Of a stretch of DNA of 64,000 nucleotides, positions 9,727 to 19,144 are shown piece after piece (position 1 is the stretch's first letter; the number at the start of each line of letters is the position of its first letter). A program made the position numbers and the translations under genes. The notes under the pieces are model-generated. The model saw nothing but the letters and a program-made list of their open reading frames with translations, was not told the DNA's origin and searched no databases. This stretch comes from Gammaproteobacteria bacterium (GTDB lineage: Bacteria; Pseudomonadota; Gammaproteobacteria; GCA-001735895). The stretch lies in assembly GCA_047639625.1 (NCBI GenBank), contig JBLIOG010000001.1:169-64168 (forward strand). Direction: 5' to 3'.

Positions 9727-10587
9727 GTGTCTTTAGACACCAGAACTGATTCGTACGATTTAGAAAAGCGTCGACGTCCTGTCGAAGTTTTCAGCCTGCC
9801 TCGTTTCTTTCAAATCGTTAGCCAAATCGGTTGGGCTATTCTGACCTTTGCAATCATCGGCTGGTTAATATGGAAAGGTGCATTGGCAATGGAGTACAAC
9901 TGGCAGTGGTATCGTGTCAGCCCCTTCTTTTATCGAATCATCGATGACGAACTAATCTTTGGACCACTTTACTGGGGGCTGATACAGACCCTGAAACTAG
10001 CCTCTGTTGCCGGAATTCTGGCGATCATAATCGGGTTCTTAACCGCCTTTGCGCGTATGTCGAATTCACGCGCTGGTGGTACTATTGCAACCTGGTATCT
10101 CGAAGCAATACGTAATACCCCGCTGATTGTTCAGTTATTTTTATTCTATTTTGTACTTGCGCCCATTTTAGGCATAGACCGATTCTGGTCCGGTGTGCTG
10201 TGTCTTGCATTCTTTGAAGGCTCTTTCGCCGCAGAGATTATTCGGGGTGGAATTCAAGGTGTTGATCGAGGTCAATTTGAAGCCGGTGATGCGATCGGGC
10301 TAACCACCTTTAACAAATACTGGCACATCGTCATACCGCAATCCATGCCTTTAATTTTACCACCCTTGACCGGTTTGCTGATTTCCCTGATTAAACATTC
10401 AGCCATCGTCAGTGTCATTGCCGTTTCCGAGCTGACAACCACAGGTTTGAATTTGATTTCAGATACCTTTATGGCATTCGAAATCTGGTTCATTATTGCA
10501 GGCATCTATCTAGTACTGACCATTTCGCTTTCTATCGGCGTCGGTCAACTGGAAAAGAAGCTCAACGTTACCCGAACGAGTAAATAA
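9727..10587 (+). CDS. Polar amino-acid ABC transporter permease (His/Glu/Gln/Arg/opine family)
   Basis: GTG start with an AAGGAGG Shine-Dalgarno. EAIRNTPLIVQLFLFYF permease signature and multiple TM segments. Confidence 0.85.
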   Translation: MSLDTRTDSYDLEKRRRPVEVFSLPRFFQIVSQIGWAILTFAIIGWLIWKGALAMEYNWQWYRVSPFFYRIIDDELIFGPLYWGLIQTLKLASVAGILAIIIGFLTAFARMSNSRAGGTIATWYLEAIRNTPLIVQLFLFYFVLAPILGIDRFWSGVLCLAFFEGSFAAEIIRGGIQGVDRGQFEAGDAIGLTTFNKYWHIVIPQSMPLILPPLTGLLISLIKHSAIVSVIAVSELTTTGLNLISDTFMAFEIWFIIAGIYLVLTISLSIGVGQLEKKLNVTRTSK

Positions 10588-10608
10588 ATCCTAAGGAGGA
10601 CAACACTC

Positions 10609-11421
10609 ATGACCATTAGTAAAATTTTTAAAACCTTAACAATGGCCGCTGCGATGCTGACGGTTTCAGGCGCTGCTTCAGCAGACCTGCTTACCGATAT
10701 TCAGAAACGTGGTGTTATGAAAGTCGGCATGGCAACTTTTGTTCCCTGGGCGATGCGTGACAAAAATGGAAACCTGATCGGTTTTGAAATCGATGTCGCC
10801 ACTAAAGTTGCCGAAGACATGGGTGTCAAAATCGAATTTGTTCCGACCGCCTGGAGCGGAATCATCCCCGCTTTGATCGCGAAGAAATTCGACCTGATCA
10901 TCGGTGGTATGTCGATTACTCCCCAACGTAATCTAACCGTGAACTTCACTGTTCCTTACGCGCATTCAGGGCAGCAAATGGCTGCTAATACAAAGTTGGC
11001 CAGCGGATTTGATTCGTTGGAAGATTTTAATAAGTCAAACGTTACTATCGCTTGCCGACGTGGTGCTACTCCCTGTAAAACCGCAAAAGATTTTTTCCCG
11101 AAAGCAACCGTTCGTCGATTTGACGACGATGCACAGGCTTTTCAGGAAGTTGTTAACGGTAACGCGCATGGTATGCTTTCCAGTGCTCCCAAGCCCCGTT
11201 TCTGGTCTGACGCTTATCCAGGCAAGGTATTCCTGCCTTTTGGTGAGAAAAACCTGACCAGAGGTGACGAAGCATTCGCAATGCGTAAAGGTGATCACGA
11301 TGCGCTTAACTTTTTCAGCAACTGGATTACCGTTAATACCAGTAATGGCTGGATCGGCAAAACGCATAATTACTGGTTCCAGGACCAATCTGCGTGGAAA
11401 GATATGGTTGCGCCTCAGTAG
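10609..11421 (+). CDS. Polar amino-acid ABC transporter substrate-binding protein
   Basis: Signal peptide MTISKIFKTLTMAAAMLTVSGAASA, family-3 SBP fold. AAGGAGG Shine-Dalgarno. Confidence 0.85.
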   Translation: MTISKIFKTLTMAAAMLTVSGAASADLLTDIQKRGVMKVGMATFVPWAMRDKNGNLIGFEIDVATKVAEDMGVKIEFVPTAWSGIIPALIAKKFDLIIGGMSITPQRNLTVNFTVPYAHSGQQMAANTKLASGFDSLEDFNKSNVTIACRRGATPCKTAKDFFPKATVRRFDDDAQAFQEVVNGNAHGMLSSAPKPRFWSDAYPGKVFLPFGEKNLTRGDEAFAMRKGDHDALNFFSNWITVNTSNGWIGKTHNYWFQDQSAWKDMVAPQ

Positions 11422-11509
11422 TTAAATAGATAGTTGATTAGAATTATGGGGCTGGAAGTGGAATTTTCGCAACCAGCCCCTGATTTTTCACCATCAATCA
11501 CTAAATAAA

Positions 11510-12415
11510 TTGGACAGAAACTCTCCCCCACCTGCAAAACCAAAACAGCCTCTTACGATCGTTGATTACCTGGTTTATGGTTTTGTCGCCCTGTTTATTT
11601 TTTATGCGGTATACCGGGTTAACGACGTTCTGGTTTACAACTGGAATTGGTCGAGGGTATTTGGATTTCTAGTCAAGTTTGACGAAGAAACTCAGTCCTG
11701 GGTTTCTAATCTGTTACTACAGGGGCTATGGACTACCTTACGACTGGCTGTCTGGGCCACAGTCTTCGCGACCATCGTTGGCGTCGTCATGGGATATTGG
11801 CGCACTTGCCAAAATCTGACACTACGCATCGTCAGCCGTTGCTATGTTGAATTTATTCGCAACTTGCCCCCACTTATTTTTATATTTATTTTTTACTTTT
11901 TTGTATCAAGTCAAATCTTCCCGGCCATGGGCATCGAAGACATCGATGTTGATGGTGCGATTGCATCCAGTGGTGTTTTCGAATTTATGTTTGGTGATCC
12001 GCGTCTTTTTTCAAATTTTCTTGCCGGCATGATCTGTCTGTCGCTTTTCGAGGGTGCCTATATCACCGAGATAGTTCGAGCCGGAATTCAGTCCACCGAT
12101 AAAGGTCAATGGGAAGCAGGAAAAGCTATCGGGTTGTCTCATTTTAATGTGCTGCGCGATATTGTTATCCCACAGGCAGTTAGAAAAATCCTTCCCCCAT
12201 TGGCAGGTCAATTCATTACACTGATCAAAGACTCTGCGATCATTTCACTCATTTCAATTCAAGAGCTGACTTTCGTCGCGACCGAAGTTGCGGCCACAAC
12301 CACGCGTGTTTTCGAAACCTGGATTCTGGTTGGATTTATGTACTTTGTACTTTGTTACAGTTTCGCCGTGTTTTTTGCCTATCTCGAAAGGCGCGCAAAA
12401 CGAAGTCAACGATAA
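11510..12415 (+). CDS. Polar amino-acid ABC transporter permease (second subunit)
   Basis: Paralogous permease carrying the EFIRNLPPLIFIFIFYF signature. Confidence 0.85.
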   Translation: MDRNSPPPAKPKQPLTIVDYLVYGFVALFIFYAVYRVNDVLVYNWNWSRVFGFLVKFDEETQSWVSNLLLQGLWTTLRLAVWATVFATIVGVVMGYWRTCQNLTLRIVSRCYVEFIRNLPPLIFIFIFYFFVSSQIFPAMGIEDIDVDGAIASSGVFEFMFGDPRLFSNFLAGMICLSLFEGAYITEIVRAGIQSTDKGQWEAGKAIGLSHFNVLRDIVIPQAVRKILPPLAGQFITLIKDSAIISLISIQELTFVATEVAATTTRVFETWILVGFMYFVLCYSFAVFFAYLERRAKRSQR

Positions 12416-12428
12416 CCGGATTTCATCA

Positions 12429-13184
12429 ATGTCTGAAAATAATACCTCGCAGCCGCTCGTAGAAATCACAGGATTGTGTAAGTGGTACGGCGATTTTAGT
12501 GCGCTATATGACATAAATCTTAAAGTTGCCCCAGGTGAAAAGGTGGTAGTTTGCGGGCCATCCGGATCGGGTAAGTCCACCATGATCCGCTGTATTAATC
12601 AGCTCGAAGAACACCAGGTCGGCACGATTATGGTTGATGGTCGTGAGGTTAAACCCGGGATGAAACAAATTGAAGAAATACGTCGTGAAGTCGGCATGGT
12701 ATTCCAGAGCTTCAATCTGTTTCCGCATATGTCGGTAGTCGATAATTTAACCATCGGGCCGATGCGTAACAAAGGCATCTCGAAAGCTGAAGCGACCGAA
12801 AGCGCAATGCACTTTCTAGAGCGTGTACACATTGCTGAACAGGCAGATAAATATCCTCCACAACTATCCGGAGGCCAGCAGCAAAGAGTAGCAATTGCCA
12901 GAGCTCTTTGTCTTAAACCCAAGATCATGCTGTTTGACGAGCCAACTTCTGCACTCGACCCGGAAATGATTGCCGGAGTTCTGGATGTCATGATCGAATT
13001 GGCCGAAGAAGGTATGACGATGATTTGTGTCACTCACGAGATGGGATTTGCACGCCGGGTTGCTGACCGTATTGTGTTTATGGATCATGGTGAAGTAGTA
13101 GAAGTTGCTGAACCGGAAGCCTTCTTTTCGAATGCACAAACCGATCGCGCAAAATTATTTTTGAGCCAGTTACTGGCTCATTGA
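12429..13184 (+). CDS. Polar amino-acid ABC transporter ATP-binding protein
   Basis: Walker A GPSGSGKST, ABC signature LSGGQQQRVAIARAL, Walker B MLFDEPTSALD. Start placed at the internal ATG 12429 to avoid overlapping the upstream permease. Confidence 0.85.
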   Translation: MSENNTSQPLVEITGLCKWYGDFSALYDINLKVAPGEKVVVCGPSGSGKSTMIRCINQLEEHQVGTIMVDGREVKPGMKQIEEIRREVGMVFQSFNLFPHMSVVDNLTIGPMRNKGISKAEATESAMHFLERVHIAEQADKYPPQLSGGQQQRVAIARALCLKPKIMLFDEPTSALDPEMIAGVLDVMIELAEEGMTMICVTHEMGFARRVADRIVFMDHGEVVEVAEPEAFFSNAQTDRAKLFLSQLLAH

Positions 13185-13254
13185 TATTGCTAACCCGATC
13201 AAATTACAATTAACTCAGGATATTTTGGGCCGCGGAAATAAGTAGTAACCCCAT

Positions 13255-13486
13255 CTTGTTTGTTTGTTTTTTGACCCAGCTTCTGAGTTGTATTGGCTGT
13301 CTGTTAAACATTTTTCCGCACCCAAATGATGACTGTATTCCATAGTGACTCCCTCCATGGGGTATGTCTCACTTTTGAAGCCCCAAAAGTAAGCAAAATG
13401 GCTCACACCATCGAGAGCGGCCTACGGCTTCCCGTCAAGAGAGTTGCTATAAATTGAGGCCTGCTGAATTATGTTGCTCATCAACA
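13255..13486. repeat. Repeat family 1, copy B
   Basis: Shares the core CATTTTTCCGCACCCAAATGATGACTGTATTCCATAGTGACTCCCTCCATGGGGTA with copies A and C. Small ORF MEYSHHLGAEKCLTDSQYN... on the minus strand. The right arm (CTGCTGAATTATGTTGCTCATCAAC) overlaps the last codons of the amidase gene. Confidence 0.5.
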
Positions 13487-14784
13487 TTATTCATCACCCC
13501 GACCCTTAACTGACCCTCTATCCACTGCGCCGCTGCCAGTAATTTGTCGTCCTGATTAATCGCGCCTACCAACTGAACTGAAAGGGGTAGTCCATTTGGC
13601 CCCTGTCCAAACGGAACCGAAATACAGGGCACCTGTAACAAATTCCAGGCCCGACTGAAAAGAGGATCACCCGTTGCCCCCAGCCCTGCAGGTGCTTCAC
13701 CCGGAGCTGCTGGCGTCAAAATAACATCGGCTTCAAGAAACATAGTTTGTAATATTCTGTTTGCTCTATCTCTCGCCAGGCAGCCATCAACATAGTCTGC
13801 ACGCGAAACTTCCAGACCGGTTTCGAACAAGTCTCGAAACTGAGGGCTAATTTCATCTCGATAATGGTTGTACTCATATACGCGAGACCTCGCCACTTCA
13901 AACGCCATTACTGTTTTTTGATGCTCAGTTAATTCTAGAAATGATTCAGGGCAGGCAAGTTCACCGGTCACAGCGCCCGCATTTGAGAGTTGTTTCATTG
14001 CCCTCTGGCAGACATCACGCATTTCCATCGAACCTTCATTCCAATGGGGACCACGAAACAACGATATTCGTAATGGTCGGTTTTCATGATCAATCGCATC
14101 GGCAGGCTGGCTTTTACACAACACAGAACGTGCGAGTTCAAAGTCTTCAATTTGTCTGGCCAAAAAACCCAGAGTATCCAGACTTGGTGATAAAGACATG
14201 ATCCCCTGTAGATCAAAACTTCCATGACTGGCCTTATATCCTGGAATACCACAATAAGCAGCCGGCCGGATTAACGACGCAGCGGTCTGTGAGCCGAATG
14301 CAAACGGTAGCATACAATCCGCAACTGCCGCTGCTGAACCGCTGGATGATCCACCAGGCGTATGTTCCAGCTTATTCGGATTCGCTGTTTTTCCCGGTTT
14401 GAAATAGGCAAACTCGGTGGTCACTGTTTTACCGACCAGAATGGCACCCGCCTGCAGGAATAATTCGACACAACTGGCATTACGCCCAGCACTATATCCC
14501 TTGTAAAACTCTGTGCCCCATTCAGTCGTGAATCGCTCGGTGTCGATGATATCTTTCGCGGCGAAAGGTATCCCGTGAAGTGCTCCCGTAATTTCCTTTC
14601 GATCAGCCCGTCGGGCAGATTCCAACGCGGCCTCTTCATCAATATCATTAAATGCACCGACATCAATTTCCCGCTGCTGGACGCGATCAAGACAATCTGT
14701 CATCACTGCTTCGGCAGAAATTTCTCGGGTAGAAATTTTCCGCGCTAGTTCGGCCATCCCTAATTCATTCAGTTTTGTTTTCAC
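13447..14784 (-). CDS. Amidase (amidase-signature family, GatA-like)
   Basis: 445 aa with the AS motif GGSSSGSAAAVA and the catalytic Ser-cisSer-Lys region. Confidence 0.85.
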   Translation of the reverse strand: MKTKLNELGMAELARKISTREISAEAVMTDCLDRVQQREIDVGAFNDIDEEAALESARRADRKEITGALHGIPFAAKDIIDTERFTTEWGTEFYKGYSAGRNASCVELFLQAGAILVGKTVTTEFAYFKPGKTANPNKLEHTPGGSSSGSAAAVADCMLPFAFGSQTAASLIRPAAYCGIPGYKASHGSFDLQGIMSLSPSLDTLGFLARQIEDFELARSVLCKSQPADAIDHENRPLRISLFRGPHWNEGSMEMRDVCQRAMKQLSNAGAVTGELACPESFLELTEHQKTVMAFEVARSRVYEYNHYRDEISPQFRDLFETGLEVSRADYVDGCLARDRANRILQTMFLEADVILTPAAPGEAPAGLGATGDPLFSRAWNLLQVPCISVPFGQGPNGLPLSVQLVGAINQDDKLLAAAQWIEGQLRVGVMNNVDEQHNSAGLNL

Positions 14785-14787
14785 TAT

Positions 14788-15993
14788 TTAATGACCATCC
14801 AGTTCGGCAATCGCCGCTTCAAAAACGGTAGCCGGCATATCGTAAATACCTCCACCCAAACGGCCTACAGCCCCCTCGTTATCGAGTATGCCCAATGCGA
14901 TCACCGGTCCACGCCCATAAGCGACTACAGATCGAGCAGATATCCCCAGTCGACAATTAAGTGATCCAAACGCCGGATGCTGACCCATCAATAGCGACTG
15001 CGTTCTAAGGTCAAAATCTTCGGGTAAAAATTCGCCAAGCGCATCGAGTTGTCCGGGAGATAAACGAATAGCCATGGCACCAAGACCCAACCCTTCCACT
15101 ACCGCACTATCTCCAATCGCTGGCAAGCCTCGACTGACAGGCAAATCGACATCAAATCGACCAACCGGAGCGGTTGCACTAGAAGAAAACCAATGTCCGG
15201 GGAGAGCTGAAATCTGAATCCCCGTTTCAACACCGTTACCACCCGCAGCAATAACAAAACTGGAGCCGCCAACCCCGGCAGCACGGGTCATAATGCATTT
15301 GCTGGCAGCCATCCACAAATTAAGAAACAGGCTGGGGGACCGTCCTATAAAATCACGGGTTTTTTCATCAAACTGCTTACCGGGTATCGCCTGTTCAACT
15401 TTCGCCATTAATAATTTTGTGGCATGCGGCGTTCGGCCATGACAGTCATCACCTTCTGCTAACCCGGCAGCGGCTAATGGCAACATTTCGTATGAACTTG
15501 TTAGTGCTTCGTTCAATAAATCAGCAAAGAAACTGTTCAACCAACGTATATGATTCAATACTGATTCAGATCTTAAACCCAATCTGAGAGACGGTGCGCC
15601 TCCTCCATTAATAGGAGCATATATTTTGATATCAGATTGATTTTCATCAATAACCCGATGAAGTGGCATAGAGGCACTGACGACGGCCGCCAGCGGCGTA
15701 ACGACTGAATGATCCTGAGCCGGTTTAAGTTGAATTTCTCCAGCCTTTATCATCGATTCGGCCTGGCCGAAGTTCTTTGCCAAACCTTCAAATACTGCCG
15801 CCACGCAGGCCGAATTTAAGATCGGCATAGAAATAGCATCAATAGATTTAAACGCTGGCCCAGCATGTAATAAAACATGTTCGGGGATCTTGAAAGCATG
15901 AGCACCCGATTCGATTCCATCCCAAACCGGATCGGCTAATAGAGCCTGTTCGAATGAAAGTTGATCGGCATTATCTAAAACAGAATTACTCAT
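14788..15993 (-). CDS. Uncharacterized protein, DUF1116/YlbE-like (co-operonic with amidase)
   Basis: 401 aa. Motifs LLHAGP, VVSASMPL and IGDSAVVEGLGLGAMAI resemble the E. coli YlbE family as I recall it. Stop lies 3 bp from the amidase start. Confidence 0.45.
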   Translation of the reverse strand: MSNSVLDNADQLSFEQALLADPVWDGIESGAHAFKIPEHVLLHAGPAFKSIDAISMPILNSACVAAVFEGLAKNFGQAESMIKAGEIQLKPAQDHSVVTPLAAVVSASMPLHRVIDENQSDIKIYAPINGGGAPSLRLGLRSESVLNHIRWLNSFFADLLNEALTSSYEMLPLAAAGLAEGDDCHGRTPHATKLLMAKVEQAIPGKQFDEKTRDFIGRSPSLFLNLWMAASKCIMTRAAGVGGSSFVIAAGGNGVETGIQISALPGHWFSSSATAPVGRFDVDLPVSRGLPAIGDSAVVEGLGLGAMAIRLSPGQLDALGEFLPEDFDLRTQSLLMGQHPAFGSLNCRLGISARSVVAYGRGPVIALGILDNEGAVGRLGGGIYDMPATVFEAAIAELDGH

Positions 15994-16145
15994 CTGATGG
16001 CTCCTCGGGGGACGTTACAATTTATATAGGGCTCAATAAATCACGAAAAATTAATTTCCTGAAAACTTTATATTGTCAAACAGTGTTAAATATTATCCTA
16101 ACCGGCTTATTGCATAAAGGAGCATTAGGGCTACGGAAATAAATA

Positions 16146-16503
16146 AAGTGAATAGCAACAATATTCAGCGGGATACAATCAATTGTCACCCATGTGCAAT
16201 CGTTTCGCACCCTTAATGCTACTTCATTTCATAGCAGGGCTCTCGGCAGGGTACGCCTTACTTTTCCTACAGCAGAAAAGTAAGCAGGGTTGCTCCTGCG
16301 CAGAGCCTGCCCCGTGAGCACAGCGAATGCTTTGGGTATCCCTGCGTCCACGACATGCCGTTCATCATAGAGGGAGTCACTATGGAATATAGTCATCATT
16401 TGGGTGCGGGAAAATGTTCAGCAAACAGATCATGTAACCCAGTTGAATTCTATACATGGATATTTAATGTCCAGCTTGAACTGGGTGTTCTTCCCAATCA
16501 CTT
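16146..16503. repeat. Repeat family 1, copy C (opposite orientation, carrying a nested family-2 repeat)
   Basis: Ends AGTGAATAGCAACAAT (16147-16162) and TTCCCAATCACTT (16491-16503) match the copy-A inverted repeats. Core GAGGGAGTCACTATGGAATATAGTCATCATTTGGGTGCGGGAAAATG. Small ORF MEYSHHLGAGKC... on the plus strand, upstream of the TMADH-like gene. Confidence 0.55.
16215..16335. repeat. Repeat family 2 copy nested inside family-1 copy C
   Basis: GCAGGAGCA...CTGCCGAGAGCC blocks are shared with 21585-21750 and 61375-61600. Contains a perfect 10-bp hairpin CTTACTTTTC-N8-GAAAAGTAAG. Confidence 0.45.
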
Positions 16504-16636
16504 AAAGTGTTATCCGATCTTGCTTGTTGTCCCTTAAACTTCTACGTATACGACTGCCCTGTCATCATGGGCGAGACAGTATTAAGATGGTTACTTATTC
16601 CAGAAACAATGTTAATACGAAGGCAAGATACAAACT

Positions 16637-18706
16637 ATGAGTGAACGAGATCCACGATACGACGTTCTGTTTGAACCCGTTAGAATTGGCCCAGTTACGG
16701 CCCCTAATCGATTTTACCAGGTGCCACACTGTACTGGCCTTGGCTGGCTTCGACCTCGCACCGTTGCTCAGGTCCGCGGAATGAAAGCCGAGGGCGGTTG
16801 GGGTGTTGTCTGCACCGAATACTGTTCGATTCATCCGGCTTCGGATGACTTGCCTCATCCTTATGCGTCGCTCTGGGATGACGGTGACATCAAGGCACAC
16901 CGGCTAATGACCGACGCCGTACATGAACATGGTTCGCTGGCTGGCGCAGAGCTCTGGGTTGGCGGCGCACGATCAACTAATCTGTTTACTAATGAAGTTT
17001 CGATGGATGTCGCCCATATGCCGAATTCAATTGGCATTCCGTATCAGACCCGGGCGATGGATCGATCCGATATTCGTGAATTACGGCGCTGGCATCGAAA
17101 TGCTGCCTTGCGGGCAAAAGCAGCAGGCTTTGATATCGTTTATGTCTACGCCACGCATCACTATCTTTTATCTCACTTTTTATCCGCTGAGACCAATACT
17201 CGAACCGATGAATATGGCGGTTCACTTGAAAACAGGGTTCGACTCATTCGTGAATTAATCGAAGAAACAAAAGATGCGGTGGGCGATACCTGTGCTGTTG
17301 CGGTCAGATTTTCTGCCGACCAAACCAAAAATGGGAGCGGTGATCCGATTATTGGTGAACACCGTGACATGATTGAAATGCTGGCTGAACTCCCTGACCT
17401 GTGGGATATCAATATTCAGGACTACTCGCGTGAGATGGGCGTATCCCGGTTTATCAAGGAAGCTTCGCTCGAAGCCTATATGTCTTACGTCAAAACGATC
17501 ACCACAAAACCTGTCGTATCAGTTGGGCGGTTTACCTCTCCGGATACCATGATCTCGCAGATCAACCGCGGAATTGTTGATTTTATAGGTGCTGCAAGGC
17601 CATCCATCGCTGATCCTTTCTTGCCTAAAAAAATAAAAGAAGGTCGACTCGATGAAATTCGAGAATGTATCGGCTGCAATAACTGTTATGTTGGTGACAG
17701 TAAAGGAACACCTTTTCGTTGCACCCAAAACCCGACTATTGGAGAAGAGTGGCGACGTGGCTGGCACCCTGAAAAGATAGCCGCAAAAGGATCTGACTCT
17801 ACAGTTCTGGTTGTGGGTGCCGGACCTGCAGGACTCGAAGCAACTCGAGCACTTGGATTACGGGGATATCAGGTTTTACTCGCCGAAGCGGAACGTGAAC
17901 TTGGAGGACGAGTAACGCGTGAAGCGAAGTTTCCCGGACTAAGCGAATGGGCCCGGGTTCGCGATTATCGAGTACAGCAAATTCAACGCATGCCCAATGT
18001 AGACATTTATCTCGAAAATCGAATGACGTTAGAAGATGTGCTGGCAATGGAGGCCGATCATATCGCGATTGCGACGGGATCGACCTGGCTCAGAGACGGT
18101 AAAGGTTTGCATCACACGGTGGCCATTGAAAATTTTGGCCCTGCGGATCAAATCTTTTCACCTGACGATATTATGGCAGGGCGATTGCCAACAGGATCCA
18201 CCGTTATATTCGATGATGACCACTATTATCTGGCCAGTGTTATTGCCGAAGTTTTGCGTGAGAAAAACATCCCGGTTACTTTGGTAACGCCCGAAGTCAA
18301 AGTATCGGCCTGGTCGGCCAATACCTCTGAGCAGTATCAAATTCACAGAAGACTCGCCGATGTTGGTGTAGAGATTGTCACTGGACACGGCTTAGTTTCA
18401 TTTAATGGCTCACAGGCCGAGATCCAATGTGTTTATACCGATTCACCCAAAACAATTAAAGCTGAAGCCGTTGTCACGGTTACCATGCGAAATCCGAATG
18501 ATGCTTTGTTTCGGTCGCTGAAAAATCATTACGCAACCAATGCCGATACTGGGCCAATTTCACTCAGTCGAATAGGCGACTGCGAGGCACCCTCAATCAT
18601 TGCTGGCAATGTTTTTTCCGGTCATAGATATGCCCAGGAACTCGATGCCGACATTGATGTTGATAAGCGCATTAAATTCGACCGGATATTTTTTAACGAT
18701 GACTGA
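16637..18706 (+). CDS. Trimethylamine/dimethylamine/histamine dehydrogenase-family flavoprotein (OYE-like TIM barrel + 4Fe-4S + ADP-binding domain)
   Basis: 689 aa. N-terminus MSERDPRYDVLFEPVRIGPVTAPNRFYQVPHCTGLG closely matches the TMADH N-terminus, including the Cys for 6-S-cysteinyl-FMN. Also the CIGCNNC Fe-S motif and VVGAGPAGLEA. Confidence 0.8.
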   Translation: MSERDPRYDVLFEPVRIGPVTAPNRFYQVPHCTGLGWLRPRTVAQVRGMKAEGGWGVVCTEYCSIHPASDDLPHPYASLWDDGDIKAHRLMTDAVHEHGSLAGAELWVGGARSTNLFTNEVSMDVAHMPNSIGIPYQTRAMDRSDIRELRRWHRNAALRAKAAGFDIVYVYATHHYLLSHFLSAETNTRTDEYGGSLENRVRLIRELIEETKDAVGDTCAVAVRFSADQTKNGSGDPIIGEHRDMIEMLAELPDLWDINIQDYSREMGVSRFIKEASLEAYMSYVKTITTKPVVSVGRFTSPDTMISQINRGIVDFIGAARPSIADPFLPKKIKEGRLDEIRECIGCNNCYVGDSKGTPFRCTQNPTIGEEWRRGWHPEKIAAKGSDSTVLVVGAGPAGLEATRALGLRGYQVLLAEAERELGGRVTREAKFPGLSEWARVRDYRVQQIQRMPNVDIYLENRMTLEDVLAMEADHIAIATGSTWLRDGKGLHHTVAIENFGPADQIFSPDDIMAGRLPTGSTVIFDDDHYYLASVIAEVLREKNIPVTLVTPEVKVSAWSANTSEQYQIHRRLADVGVEIVTGHGLVSFNGSQAEIQCVYTDSPKTIKAEAVVTVTMRNPNDALFRSLKNHYATNADTGPISLSRIGDCEAPSIIAGNVFSGHRYAQELDADIDVDKRIKFDRIFFNDD

Positions 18707-19054
18707 AGTAAGGGCGGCGGCATGCCACGCTATCCAAACAGTGAACACAGAACTCGGGTCACGCCAGCCAGACGGTGACTATCAGTATCTTCTGATGGCC
18801 CACCCAATCCGTGCGTCTTCTCAAATCAATTTTTTACTTTTTTAATATTGGCGCGTATTAATTATTTTGGGCGCTACAAACGCCGGTTCATTGGTTCTGA
18901 GTTTTATACCTTCTATCGCTATGCAGTTAACCGGAAACCAGTGACTCCTTATACTCAACATAGGGTTAAATTTGAAGAGATCCATATTGCATTTACATAA
19001 TGAATACGTGGAGCGGAGAGCTTAACAGTTGATTTCGTTGGCCAATCTAAGGTA

Positions 19055-19100
19055 AAAATAAAGAGGATCACAGCGCTTAATCTGTAATCCTCTTCAACTT
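19055..19100 (-). terminator. Rho-independent terminator-like hairpin (bidirectional)
   Basis: AAGAGGATCACAG...CTGTAATCCTCTT stem flanked by a T/A-run on both strands (TTATTTTTACC on minus, CAACTTACTTTTTCC on plus). Confidence 0.4.
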
Positions 19101-19144
19101 ACTTTTTCCGTCTAATCTCTAAACATCTAGAGAATGCCTTAAAT

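Noticed and set aside
12288-12428. Upstream extension of the ABC ATPase gene from 12288
   Set aside because: The extension overlaps the permease 3' end in another frame and encodes no ABC sequence. The internal ATG at 12429 gives a canonical N-terminus.
16595-16900. Minus-strand ORF overlapping the TMADH-like gene start
   Set aside because: It overlaps the conserved N-terminus of the plus-strand flavoprotein gene. Spurious.
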